From a virus (Duplodnaviria; Caudoviricetes), in IMG/VR virus record IMGVR_UViG_3300022685_000036, positions 1 to 53,330 of that record: a stretch of 53,330 bases of DNA; one strand, given 5' to 3'. Below the pieces are notes generated by a model. That model ran no database searches and had not been told where the DNA came from. It worked only from the letters and a program-made list of their open reading frames with translations. Position numbers and translations under genes: made by a program. How positions within the stretch are numbered: position 1 is the stretch's first letter; the number at the start of each line of letters is the position of its first letter. Positions 44,913-53,330 of this stretch are shown here, piece by piece.

Positions 44913-45269
44913 TCAATACTGGCTTTCGCCAGCGCCGATGTCCTCGAACACAGTGACGGTAGACATGTCACCATCAACGTCCAGCGTAATGTCGATGGAC
45001 GACTCCACCATGGAGCCGGAGCCGGTCATTTCGTCGGCGATGATTTCCACGACCTCGTCGACCGATTCCGTCGGAACTGTGATGGTCGTCACCACCATCA
45101 TGTCGGTGTCGGTGCCGACCACGGACAGGTCCATGTCCAGGTGCGGGGTGCCCTCCAGGCTCTCTTCGATCTGGTCGTAGAGGTCTTCGCTGATGATGCC
45201 TTCGGCGGCGTGGTGCGCGGCGACAGGGGCGGCGAGGACCGCCAGCAGAGGCAAAACAAAGTATTTCAT
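44913..45269 (-). CDS. Secreted acidic protein (moron-like), His-His mature N-terminus
   Basis: Signal peptide MKYFVLPLLAVLAAPVAA then HHAAEG; GC-rich inside lower-GC tail module. Confidence 0.7.
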   Translation of the reverse strand: MKYFVLPLLAVLAAPVAAHHAAEGIISEDLYDQIEESLEGTPHLDMDLSVVGTDTDMMVVTTITVPTESVDEVVEIIADEMTGSGSMVESSIDITLDVDGDMSTVTVFEDIGAGESQY

Positions 45270-45311
45270 ACACATCTCCGTCAAGTACGCACGTACCTGT
45301 GCAAAATACGC

Positions 45312-46307
45312 TCACGCGATAACCGCAGTGAGCGTCACAATGTTGCCGCCACCGGACTCGGTAACGGTAACGACCCCGTCTACAGCACTGGCCACAAGGG
45401 TATCGGTGGTGCCGGCGTCCTGCTTTCCGTCAAGCTCAGCAGCAACCGCGGTGGCCACCTGCGCGATAGTAGCCCCCTGCGCAACTGAGACTGGCGTCAA
45501 CCCAGTAATAGCACCAGCCGCCGTAGAAGCGGTGAGGGTTACCGTATATTCAGCATCAGATGGTCCACCAGTAAAGGTAATGGTGGCGCTCGCAGTACCG
45601 GTGCCAGCAATTGCAGCATTGATCGGCAGGTAATCAACGCAAGACTTGCAGTACACGCGGAAAGGTCCTGACTTAATCGCCCCTCCACTTGTAAACGTGA
45701 TAGACGCGTTAAGCTCGTATGACTCGCTATAAGAGCCGATGTCTACAGTTTGGAAAACCCAACTAGGCGGCTCTGACGGCAACTTGAAAACCATCAACCG
45801 GTCTTTTCCGTCTTCAAGTGCCTTCAGCATTTCACCGAAACCTTCCTCACAACCATCAAGAATCCCTGCGGTCGTATAAGTCGCAGGCTGTGGCTGCCCG
45901 GATGCGGAAGCTGTCCCGCAGAAAGTAGACTGGTCAATAGTCTCAGCCTGAGGTTGATCGTAGCTATAGCTTGTCAAACACCACTGCACAAGGTTGGCAT
46001 TCTGCCCGGTCATTTTGTAAACCCGGGCGACCCCTTCAGTCGCAGGGGCAGCCTCGCCACTAGCATCGGAACAGTCCAACTCGAAAGTTGTGCCGGTCAC
46101 TCCACTAATCGGCCAATACTTATCATCGAGAGATGCAAAACCAGTCCCCGTAATTAAGACAATATCGCCATCAGCGTAGTTGCCAATTGTTGTCGGGGTG
46201 ACAACGGCGGGGGCTGCATTGGTCACGTTAGTGATAATGTCAGCCGGGGCGGGTTTAGAAGCTTGGGAGAGGTAGATCCCCAAGTTACGGGTTGTGAGTT
46301 TGGGCAT
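45312..46307 (-). CDS. Major tail tube protein with C-terminal extension
   Basis: ITNVTNAAPAVV insertion, position after terminator, Thr/Ala-rich C-terminal domain. Confidence 0.8.
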   Translation of the reverse strand: MPKLTTRNLGIYLSQASKPAPADIITNVTNAAPAVVTPTTIGNYADGDIVLITGTGFASLDDKYWPISGVTGTTFELDCSDASGEAAPATEGVARVYKMTGQNANLVQWCLTSYSYDQPQAETIDQSTFCGTASASGQPQPATYTTAGILDGCEEGFGEMLKALEDGKDRLMVFKLPSEPPSWVFQTVDIGSYSESYELNASITFTSGGAIKSGPFRVYCKSCVDYLPINAAIAGTGTASATITFTGGPSDAEYTVTLTASTAAGAITGLTPVSVAQGATIAQVATAVAAELDGKQDAGTTDTLVASAVDGVVTVTESGGGNIVTLTAVIA

Positions 46308-46311
46308 TAAT

Positions 46312-46671
46312 CTAGCCTCCAAAAGTAAACGATGATGTGATGCGGTATACCCGCATAGCGGCGTCATAGTCTTCGAACACGGAATCCGGCGCCGCTTTGA
46401 ATGCCCGGAATACCGCAGTCATTTGCCGGTTTAGCTCACGCGCCCCAGCATAGTCGTGGTGGAGACAGTCAACGATGTAACTGTCGGTGAGCGACGCATC
46501 AGCGTCACAGAAGTTCTCCAGGTCCGCGCCGCTGAACTGCTCACGGCTGAAGATAACATAAGGCGTGCGCACCGGTTGCAAGTCGTCTGCCTGCGGTGCG
46601 TGTAGCCGGTAGACAGGCACGGGTGCCACTTGGGCGGCCATTGCTTGGTAGAGCGCGGCTTCGCCGTTCAT
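46312..46671 (-). CDS. Tail terminator (DUF3168-like)
   Basis: ALYQ...VY...AP...PYVIF; position. Confidence 0.75.
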   Translation of the reverse strand: MNGEAALYQAMAAQVAPVPVYRLHAPQADDLQPVRTPYVIFSREQFSGADLENFCDADASLTDSYIVDCLHHDYAGARELNRQMTAVFRAFKAAPDSVFEDYDAAMRVYRITSSFTFGG

Positions 46672-47003
46672 GGATGGCTGCTCCCGGCTTTTGCTGCCAC
46701 GGTAAGGAAGTTGCGGTAGTGCGAATCAAGCACCGCCGTCACATCGAAAATCGCCCCCGTGTCCGCGTCGATGAAGCGATGTGTGCCGTCTATATGCGCA
46801 CCAGGGATCTCGCGGATGGTGATCTTCCACGTCTCCTCGCCCAAGTCACGACTAGCACCGAAATACTCACGCCCACGCAACGACTCAATGCTAGCGTTGA
46901 CCTCGGCGATTTCGGTCCAAGTCTTAGTCGGTGCGCCAAGCGAGTCCGTACCGTCGGTGACAGTTTCGATGCGGACCCGGTGGCGTAGGCGTCCCGCCTT
47001 CAC
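46668..47003 (-). CDS. Head closure (stopper) protein
   Basis: AGRLRHRV.I...D..G...TW..A.I..L.GREYF...I.IR. Confidence 0.9.
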   Translation of the reverse strand: MKAGRLRHRVRIETVTDGTDSLGAPTKTWTEIAEVNASIESLRGREYFGASRDLGEETWKITIREIPGAHIDGTHRFIDADTGAIFDVTAVLDSHYRNFLTVAAKAGSSHP

Positions 47004-49147
47004 GGCGAAACACTCCAGTCCGCAGACGGGTAAACACTGTTGTTCGGCATAGAGATCCTAACTTCAGCATGGTATATTTGCACTGTATCCGCACCGGCCA
47101 CAATATCTAAATCCAAAGGCAACGTAGTCGTTGTATAATCGTAATCGATACCTAGATAACTCTTATTGACCGTTGTTGGCGTGTCTGCGCTATTTGCTTT
47201 CCAATAAATGCCGTTGTAAAAGAACCTGCGTATATATAGACTTATCAGTCTTCCTGTGATGCAGAATGCCCCATTATCAGCTGGATCCAGCGTCATGGTA
47301 AAAGCAGTTGTTCCAGCAAACGTAAGGGTTAACGTCGTGGCTGTCGTACGAGTGCCGTCTATAGAGCCCCGTATGTCAATGTCCAAAGAGAAACCATCAG
47401 GGTAGAATTGTGGATTTTGCTTCAACTCATAACTGAACGCTTTTACCGTTCCAGTAAGCAGAGTATGTCTAAGAACATAAATTGGTAATGGTTGAGACGT
47501 ATTGTCTAAAACAGTAATGCCGCTAAGCACAACACCAGGGTTGTTTGGGTCGGTTGCCGCTATACTGTCAACGACGGCATTCTCAATCCTGACCGAACCG
47601 CTTTTGCTGTTGCCAGGGTCGTTTAGCAACAGACGCCCTTGCGGTATACTGACATTTGACAACAAGTAGGTTCCCGCCTGTTCAGAGGGAGTTAAAATAG
47701 CGGTTTTAGTGCCAGCAGATGGATTTTTCACCAGTATGCTAACATTGTTAACGTTTACGTGACCGATGCCCGTCGGCACGGAGCGAAGCGCAATGCCGTA
47801 AGTAAAAGAGCCTTCTTCCAGCAAAATGTTGATGTTTGTAATATCAAAACTCGCGTCGGGCATTACATCCTCTGTTCGAATGTCCATAAGGTCAGCTGTG
47901 CAGCTTTTCAAATTGGCTTTAACATTCGAAACACTAACACGATTACAACGATAGAGCCGAATAAAATCCTCATTAAAATGGTGGCCGCTAGCGTTGAAGA
48001 TAACGTCACGAATAGAGATATCGCGCGAACGCTCGCCAATGTTCACAGGAGGCTGTATACTCGGCGTCGCCCCGGCAAGGGCTACCACGTTCTGCTGTAA
48101 CCCCCAAAGCTGCGTTTGATAGGAACCCATTTTAAGTTCCACAAGTCGCGTATTAGTGAGATTAGCGTCAACAGTGACATTATTGATTATGTTGTAAAAC
48201 TTAGATTTAGTGCTGAGGTTGAACGCCAGCATGTGAGACCCAGTCAACCACAGGTCATGAATGGAACCGTTGTACAAACCACTCAAACGCAACGCTTGGT
48301 ATTGCGGATCGCTGCACGTCGCCCTAAGGTTGCTAAGGGTAACACCTTCCAGCGCGGCCTTTAGGTTCAACGGGTGCCCGCTATCACCGATCATATCTTT
48401 CGGATTTGCAATTTGCGCCGACGCAACATCGTCAACAAATCCAGACTCAAAAGTAAGCACACCCCCGTCAATGTCGACAATGCGATTTAGCTCTACAAAC
48501 TCAAACATCCCTGGGGAATCAAACCCAGTCGACGAAACCATAGCGATATCCCCGACCGAGTAGTTTGCCGCATCAGCCGCATTCGTCAATGTAACACTGC
48601 TACTCCCTCCAGCAATACTGTTAAGAGGGTGAAAAGTATAATGACCAGCGTTAATGGCTGCAGGATGAAAATGCTCCCCGTAACCAAAGACTGCCCCACC
48701 CGTAATTTCCACATGGCTCTCGGAGCCCTCACCAACAACAGAGACGTGAGGGGCAAACCAGATAACGTCGGTACCTACAAAGTGCCCTTTCGGCACTAGC
48801 ACCGTGCCGCCGCCCTCTGCATAACATGCAAAAATGGCTTCTTGAATAGCGGCTGCGGTTGTGCCGCCAAACCAGCAAGCATTTACGAATCCTGAAAAGA
48901 CCCGCTCACGCCGCCCAGGACCAACATGCCCGGTCGGCAACACCACCGTCCCAAGGTTGTCGTCGTCTAAGCTTGCAGCGTCCCAACGCCATAAGCCGCC
49001 GCCACCATCGGCGGCCGACAGAGCACCGAGCGTTTCAAACATCAGCTCAGGTGAGTTGACAAACGGATGCGCCCGAAGATCCGCAACAGTGTTGACCGTG
49101 ATAATTCCATGACGGGAGATATCAGCAAGTTGGCGAGCGTAGGACAT
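47000..49147 (-). CDS. Tailspike-like beta-helix (pectate-lyase-like) depolymerase
   Basis: TVADLR...DGGGG.WRWD, VN..WFG...AIQ.AI...GGGTV.VP.G; Asn/Ile-rich repeats. Confidence 0.8.
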   Translation of the reverse strand: MSYARQLADISRHGIITVNTVADLRAHPFVNSPELMFETLGALSAADGGGGLWRWDAASLDDDNLGTVVLPTGHVGPGRRERVFSGFVNACWFGGTTAAAIQEAIFACYAEGGGTVLVPKGHFVGTDVIWFAPHVSVVGEGSESHVEITGGAVFGYGEHFHPAAINAGHYTFHPLNSIAGGSSSVTLTNAADAANYSVGDIAMVSSTGFDSPGMFEFVELNRIVDIDGGVLTFESGFVDDVASAQIANPKDMIGDSGHPLNLKAALEGVTLSNLRATCSDPQYQALRLSGLYNGSIHDLWLTGSHMLAFNLSTKSKFYNIINNVTVDANLTNTRLVELKMGSYQTQLWGLQQNVVALAGATPSIQPPVNIGERSRDISIRDVIFNASGHHFNEDFIRLYRCNRVSVSNVKANLKSCTADLMDIRTEDVMPDASFDITNINILLEEGSFTYGIALRSVPTGIGHVNVNNVSILVKNPSAGTKTAILTPSEQAGTYLLSNVSIPQGRLLLNDPGNSKSGSVRIENAVVDSIAATDPNNPGVVLSGITVLDNTSQPLPIYVLRHTLLTGTVKAFSYELKQNPQFYPDGFSLDIDIRGSIDGTRTTATTLTLTFAGTTAFTMTLDPADNGAFCITGRLISLYIRRFFYNGIYWKANSADTPTTVNKSYLGIDYDYTTTTLPLDLDIVAGADTVQIYHAEVRISMPNNSVYPSADWSVSP

Positions 49148-49157
49148 GGGGTAAACC

Positions 49158-49673
49158 TCAGCAGGAAGGGCGCCACAGACCAGCCATCAATCGATTAGCC
49201 ATGTCTGGAAGTTCATTAAAGGAACCGGCCTGCACTGCCTCACGTTGCTCATAAAGTGTGCCAGTCAGCATCAAGATTGCGTTCATAACGGCCGGGGGAA
49301 GTTGTTTTATATCTGCATAGCCAGCGACTATTGTGAACCTATTACCTATTTTGGAACCTTCAATGTAGCCAATAGGGTCGTTCCATATAATCTCTACTTC
49401 TTGTAAGTCACTATCTAGCAACTGACGTACAGGGATTTTCGGGATACGAATATACCGAGTCGTATAGCAACTCGTAGGCTGCCATTGCCACTGGCTCGAG
49501 TTAATTGTTAAGTCTGTTACCGATTCTATCTCTGCGATAGCACGAGCAATGGCGCCTTTGATGTATTGGTCATCTCTGTCAAACTCGACACGCAAGTGTT
49601 CTTTTGCCGCAGGCAATATTTGCGAAGGCAAAATATCAAAGTCAGAACTTATTAACTTGAGCATTTTACCCAC
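49158..49673 (-). CDS. Head-tail adaptor (HK97 gp6-like)
   Basis: AKEHLRV...DD..I...I..A, P.AV..AIL...G.LYE.RE. Confidence 0.88.
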   Translation of the reverse strand: MGKMLKLISSDFDILPSQILPAAKEHLRVEFDRDDQYIKGAIARAIAEIESVTDLTINSSQWQWQPTSCYTTRYIRIPKIPVRQLLDSDLQEVEIIWNDPIGYIEGSKIGNRFTIVAGYADIKQLPPAVMNAILMLTGTLYEQREAVQAGSFNELPDMANRLMAGLWRPSC

Positions 49674-49674
49674 C

Positions 49675-50196
49675 TTACCTTAGCGTATGTATCACCGTCT
49701 CTTTCATGAGATGCCAGGCACCGGCCCCAATGCTGCCAACAGCCGCAGCGGCGGCGGCGACCAGCACTACGAAGCGCAAAAACATGCCGCCACGCCTGTG
49801 AACCCACGCCCTGGCCTGCTCCGCCTTGGCGAGGGCGACCAGGGTCTGCGTCGCGTCCGTTAGCGGACCAGACTCCGCCAAATGCTTGTCGAGAGACGCT
49901 TGCGCAGCCGCTGCAAGTACGTGGTCGTGCTTCTGCGTTTCCTCTATGCCCCTAACTCGCCCGTTTGTGTCCGCCGCTCGTTGAAGGGCGGCTTGCGAGT
50001 CTGCAATCGCATTGTCCACTTTAACCGACAGCACCTTGACCGACACTTCTAAGGTTCTGAGTCGGTCATCAACGCGCGCCAGCGCGCTCATGATGCGGTC
50101 AACAGTTTCTTCGCTCGCTGGCTTCGGCGCCATAAATCTTCTCAGGGTTGGCCTGGCAGCCACCCCTGGCTGAAAAATGATGTTCGTCCCGATCAT
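49675..50196 (-). CDS. Coiled-coil protein with C-terminal TM (lysis-associated; start uncertain)
   Basis: Next to endolysin; FVVLVAAAAAAVGSIGAGAW TM segment. Confidence 0.55.
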   Translation of the reverse strand: MIGTNIIFQPGVAARPTLRRFMAPKPASEETVDRIMSALARVDDRLRTLEVSVKVLSVKVDNAIADSQAALQRAADTNGRVRGIEETQKHDHVLAAAAQASLDKHLAESGPLTDATQTLVALAKAEQARAWVHRRGGMFLRFVVLVAAAAAAVGSIGAGAWHLMKETVIHTLR

Positions 50197-50202
50197 CGTA
50201 TT

Positions 50203-50964
50203 CTACGCGAACTTGGAGCGCTTTGCCGCGCCCGCGAGCCGAGTGTGGTAGTTGTTCTGGGCGTACCCGGGGCCGTTGTACCCCCGAGCGAACTCGCGCC
50301 AATCGCCGCGGCGGAGCGCGGGCAACAAGTCCTTTTTGTCGATGTAGTTCATCATGTGCATGAACTGCGCCGGCTCGCCGCTGAATGCCTCGACCACCAT
50401 GTCCTCGACGGTCTCGCAGCCGGCCAGCTCGTAGTTGAAGCCCATGACTTGCCCCAGCCCCCAGCTCGCCGACTTCAGTGCGTTGTGCGCGTCGTACTGG
50501 AACGCGTCGCGGAGTCGGCCCCATTCGGCGCTGCCGCCCTTGTAGTATTTCTTCGGGTGAGACAGGTCGGGGCGGACCCGGCTGACCAAGACGGGCGTCA
50601 GCCTGTAGAACCAGTGGCCCTCGAACAGAATCTTCGGGCGCGCGGGCATCGGCTCGTTCAGCAGGAACCCGGAGCCCGCGGCCTCCACCTGCCGCACGGC
50701 GTCAACGTGCGCTGCCGGCACGTCGAATGCGAGCGCCGTCGTCTTGATGTCGAAGTCGCTCAACGCGCGCTGGATAGGCGGATCGTCGGCGTCGAACTGC
50801 ACGGGGAACCAGCGCCCGTCCGGGCCGATACCCTCTCCGTAAGTGAACGGCTCCGTCTCGATGAAGTCGTCGCCCTCGTCGAAAGGGTCGTCCTCGGTCG
50901 GCGCGTCGCACGGCAGCGAGTCAGCGGCGAAGTAGCGAACACCGTCAATAATTACGTCAAGCAT
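50203..50964 (-). CDS. Endolysin, N-acetylmuramidase (DUF3380) family
   Basis: VE..GSGF, PKILFEGHWF, SASWGLGQVMGFN, FARGYNG.GY..N.Y; RBS GGAGAGG before ATG 50964. Confidence 0.92.
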   Translation of the reverse strand: MLDVIIDGVRYFAADSLPCDAPTEDDPFDEGDDFIETEPFTYGEGIGPDGRWFPVQFDADDPPIQRALSDFDIKTTALAFDVPAAHVDAVRQVEAAGSGFLLNEPMPARPKILFEGHWFYRLTPVLVSRVRPDLSHPKKYYKGGSAEWGRLRDAFQYDAHNALKSASWGLGQVMGFNYELAGCETVEDMVVEAFSGEPAQFMHMMNYIDKKDLLPALRRGDWREFARGYNGPGYAQNNYHTRLAGAAKRSKFA

Positions 50965-51049
50965 GAGCCTCTCCATTTTTGGGTGCCCCGGGTCATGGCC
51001 ACAACACACCGACCAAAGTGAGTTTGAAAGACCACGCCCGGGGCATTGA

Positions 51050-51241
51050 CTATTGCTTGGCCTTGCTCGGCACCAGAATGCCGGCGAGGACCTCGATGAC
51101 CCGGTATGCCTTGGCGACGATGGCGTCGTCTTTCGGGGTTGGGGTCAGGTTGACTACGGCCACAGCCAGCCCGTGAAGGGCGGCGAGTATGCCAAGAATC
51201 TCGCCGGAATGCGCGGCAAGGAAGGTCATGAAGTCAAGCAC
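51050..51241 (-). CDS. Putative holin
   Basis: TM helix then LTPTPKDD...K.Y..IE.LAG; upstream of endolysin. Confidence 0.7.
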   Translation of the reverse strand: MLDFMTFLAAHSGEILGILAALHGLAVAVVNLTPTPKDDAIVAKAYRVIEVLAGILVPSKAKQ

Positions 51242-51256
51242 AGTACACCTCTTAGG

Positions 51257-51400
51257 CTACAAGACTTGCTCGTCTGCAAGCTGCATAATTTCCTCCCCGA
51301 CGGTATGTACCTGCGCCCAATCCAGTGGTGCGGGCATGTCGAGAAGCTGCTGCACAAGGGCGGCAAGCTCGCGTTCAGCTTCGGTGTGAGTTTCGGCCAT
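51257..51400 (-). CDS. 47-aa hypothetical protein
   Basis: TAATG-coupled ATG at 51400. Confidence 0.5.
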   Translation of the reverse strand: MAETHTEAERELAALVQQLLDMPAPLDWAQVHTVGEEIMQLADEQVL

Positions 51401-51996
51401 TAGTTGCACACCCCGAACTCTAGCCAGTAGAGCCAGACGAACGTACTCCCGAATGAGCCGTCCTGATAGAGCTGGACCGTGCAATTGGTGCAGTCCATCG
51501 GTTCGAACTGGGTTGTGACAGGCCCAGCCGACGGCAGCCTGCCCAGGGTCGTGCCATTCACCTGCACGACAATTCCTCGGTTTGCCTCGTTGGGCATGAG
51601 CACTGTGACGCAGTTAGCGTTCCGAAGGTCCATGCCATTGAATTTAAGGTAGGCACCTGCACCACTCAGCGCCTGTCGCGTCGGGCACTGGGCCACGCTC
51701 AGGCCGGACGATGCGTCATAATCACATGCTGCTACCTGAACACCAACATCCAGCCCCAGGTCGGTCGGGGGCGGAGGGTCAACAGGGTCCGGCGGGGGCT
51801 CTACGGGATCAGGAGGCGGCTCTACGGGGTCCGGGGGCGGGTCCACGGGGTCAGGCGGCGGTGCCGGGTCGATTTGCCAGTTCGTGTCGTAGGCCAGACA
51901 CTCAGCGGGGATGCCACGATTCACCAGGTCGTCGGTCGAGATTGCAGCCGCGGGCAGCGCCGCGGCAAGCAAAAGAACAGCGAGAAGATGTTTCAT
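51400..51996 (-). CDS. Secreted protein with (PPPDPV[D/E]) linker and CBM6-like C-terminal domain
   Basis: Signal peptide MKHLLAVLLLAAALPAAA; 21-nt repeats ~51765-51870; GAYLKFNGMDL...V.VNG..LG.L. Confidence 0.7.
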   Translation of the reverse strand: MKHLLAVLLLAAALPAAAISTDDLVNRGIPAECLAYDTNWQIDPAPPPDPVDPPPDPVEPPPDPVEPPPDPVDPPPPTDLGLDVGVQVAACDYDASSGLSVAQCPTRQALSGAGAYLKFNGMDLRNANCVTVLMPNEANRGIVVQVNGTTLGRLPSAGPVTTQFEPMDCTNCTVQLYQDGSFGSTFVWLYWLEFGVCN

Positions 51997-51998
51997 AT

Positions 51999-52658
51999 CT
52001 AGAACTCCACCACGCAGTCAGTTTGAAATACAGTCGGCAGGGGCGCCAGTTCGGCCTCAATTGCATCGACCGAAAGCTGGCTGAAACCGTTGTAGAGAGT
52101 GCCTGTATAAACAGCAGCGAACATTATCTTCCCGGAAGCCGGGTCATGATCGGCTCCCATGTTGTGGCCCAGTTCGTGCGGTACGGTTGGTGGCCCGTAC
52201 ATTGTCGTGTCTCGCATGCTAGACACACTGTAGCTGTACTTGGGGTTGCAGACTGTCCCTAAGTATGCAATGCCCCGGACACTACTATCGTAGAGCCTGT
52301 TTGTGAACAGCGTTGACATGCCCGGGGCGAGGTCTGGATTGGAAAGGTACCCTGCGGTATACCACAGGTAGTCCCGGAACGCGGAAAGGTGCGACGACCC
52401 CGAAGAATCCGCGGCGTTCACCTGCGCGTACCGCACGTCACGGACCGCCACGAAGATTCGGAAGGCGTCCCAGTACGGCAGGACGATGCGGGACCAGTAG
52501 ACCTTGAGCGCCAGCGCCTCGGGGTCCTCCCCGCGCGCTTCGGCGTAGGACTTGAAAGTGTCCTCGTACCAAATATCCAACGACACCATGCGCGGGGGTG
52601 TCTGGGCGACGGCTCCGACGGACGCCAGCAGCAAGATGCAAACGAGAATGAGTCTCAT
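51999..52658 (-). CDS. Secreted zinc metallopeptidase, reprolysin (M12B)-like metzincin
   Basis: Signal peptide; GIAYLGTVC, HELGHNMGADHD, Met-turn KIMF, FSQLS. Confidence 0.88.
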   Translation of the reverse strand: MRLILVCILLLASVGAVAQTPPRMVSLDIWYEDTFKSYAEARGEDPEALALKVYWSRIVLPYWDAFRIFVAVRDVRYAQVNAADSSGSSHLSAFRDYLWYTAGYLSNPDLAPGMSTLFTNRLYDSSVRGIAYLGTVCNPKYSYSVSSMRDTTMYGPPTVPHELGHNMGADHDPASGKIMFAAVYTGTLYNGFSQLSVDAIEAELAPLPTVFQTDCVVEF

Positions 52659-53062
52659 GGGCACACCTCGTAAATGGTCGTCCCGGACGGGGCCTCAACG
52701 GACACAGGTCGAATGATGTCTGGGGTGCACTGAGCAGCTTCATCCTCGATGATGGCCGTCAGCTCAGTGGGGGCCGGGACCGGTGGCAGCGGCGGGACGA
52801 TGCCGGCAGCCACGTACCGGGCATGGCGGTCCATCACCTGCTGGCACGTCAGGTTAAATACGATGGTCGAGCCATCGCTGAAATTCGCGACGATGACGAC
52901 ATCGACGGGCACCTCGATACCCAGGAGGAACTGGCAGGTCAGCGCCGCTTCGGCAATCTGCTCCGGGACAGTTTCCGCGCTGGAGGGTGGCGTGGGGGTG
53001 ATCTGTGCGCTGGCGACGAACGACGCCGCGGCAGCAATCAGGGTGGCGATGACTCGGTTCAT
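52655..53062 (-). CDS. Secreted hypothetical protein
   Basis: Signal peptide MNRVIATLIAAAASFVASA; Pro-rich segment. Confidence 0.7.
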   Translation of the reverse strand: MNRVIATLIAAAASFVASAQITPTPPSSAETVPEQIAEAALTCQFLLGIEVPVDVVIVANFSDGSTIVFNLTCQQVMDRHARYVAAGIVPPLPPVPAPTELTAIIEDEAAQCTPDIIRPVSVEAPSGTTIYEVCP

Positions 53063-53071
53063 GTTCAGCCT

Positions 53072-53330
53072 TTACGTGAAGTTGAAGTGTCGGCAAAAGG
53101 CTTCCATACCATCGAGAATGTCTTCTCCCTGCGGGACGATTTCGCCTGAAAGTGCAACGAACCCGGATTCTGCCGTACACTCGAATAGTAGCGGAGGTAC
53201 TCCAAGCTCCCAGTAGATGTGGTTGCGCAGTACACCGCCAGCGTCGGATGAGAACGACGCCGCGTCATCGTAGACCCAGTTGCCCCATCCGTTGCTGTCC
53301 ATAGCGGCTTTGACCGCGGTGCGCATGGCA
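53072..53330 (-). CDS. Partial protein (C-terminus), possibly M14 carboxypeptidase-like
   Basis: Frame open to right edge; GGVLRNHIYWELGVPPLLFE resembles the M14 catalytic-Glu segment. Confidence 0.45.
   Translation of the reverse strand, partial: AMRTAVKAAMDSNGWGNWVYDDAASFSSDAGGVLRNHIYWELGVPPLLFECTAESGFVALSGEIVPQGEDILDGMEAFCRHFNFT

Noticed and set aside
1-53330. Integrase, CI repressor, tRNA, reverse transcriptase/DGR
   Set aside because: No such motifs were recognised in any frame; absence cannot be asserted for sequence outside the window.

Overview
A lytic-looking, long-tailed dsDNA phage with an HK97-type head; no integrase or CI-type repressor is visible. The window covers most of a genome that is broken inside the late operon. 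The minus-strand morphogenesis operon runs terS-terL-protease-capsid-portal-collagen/collar genes off the left edge. It resumes at the right edge with secreted proteins (including a reprolysin-type metalloprotease), lysis genes, neck, tailspike, tail tube, frameshifted chaperone, SLT-bearing tape measure and tail tip. Minus-strand 9.3-13.2 kb carries a primase, helicase, HNH and an SSB-like gene. The GC-rich plus-strand arm (13.4-36.5 kb) holds replication, nucleotide-metabolism and accessory genes punctuated by eight related sigma70 promoter cassettes. Main observations: (1) DNA polymerase III alpha (DnaE) is split through its active site into two genes ~6 kb apart in reversed order, without a split intein, while the C-terminal half carries a cis HNH intein. 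(2) Between the halves lies a candidate DNA base-modification cluster: FAD oxidoreductase, variant ThyX (RTR for RHR), HAD phosphatase, Nmad1-like protein, DnaQ. (3) Repeated CsrA/RsmA-consensus hairpins sit in early-gene leaders. (4) A Csx20-like candidate anti-CRISPR ring nuclease. (5) A candidate pseudoknotted leader RNA. (6) An unusual number of signal-peptide proteins. All family assignments come from motif recognition by eye; no database search was run.
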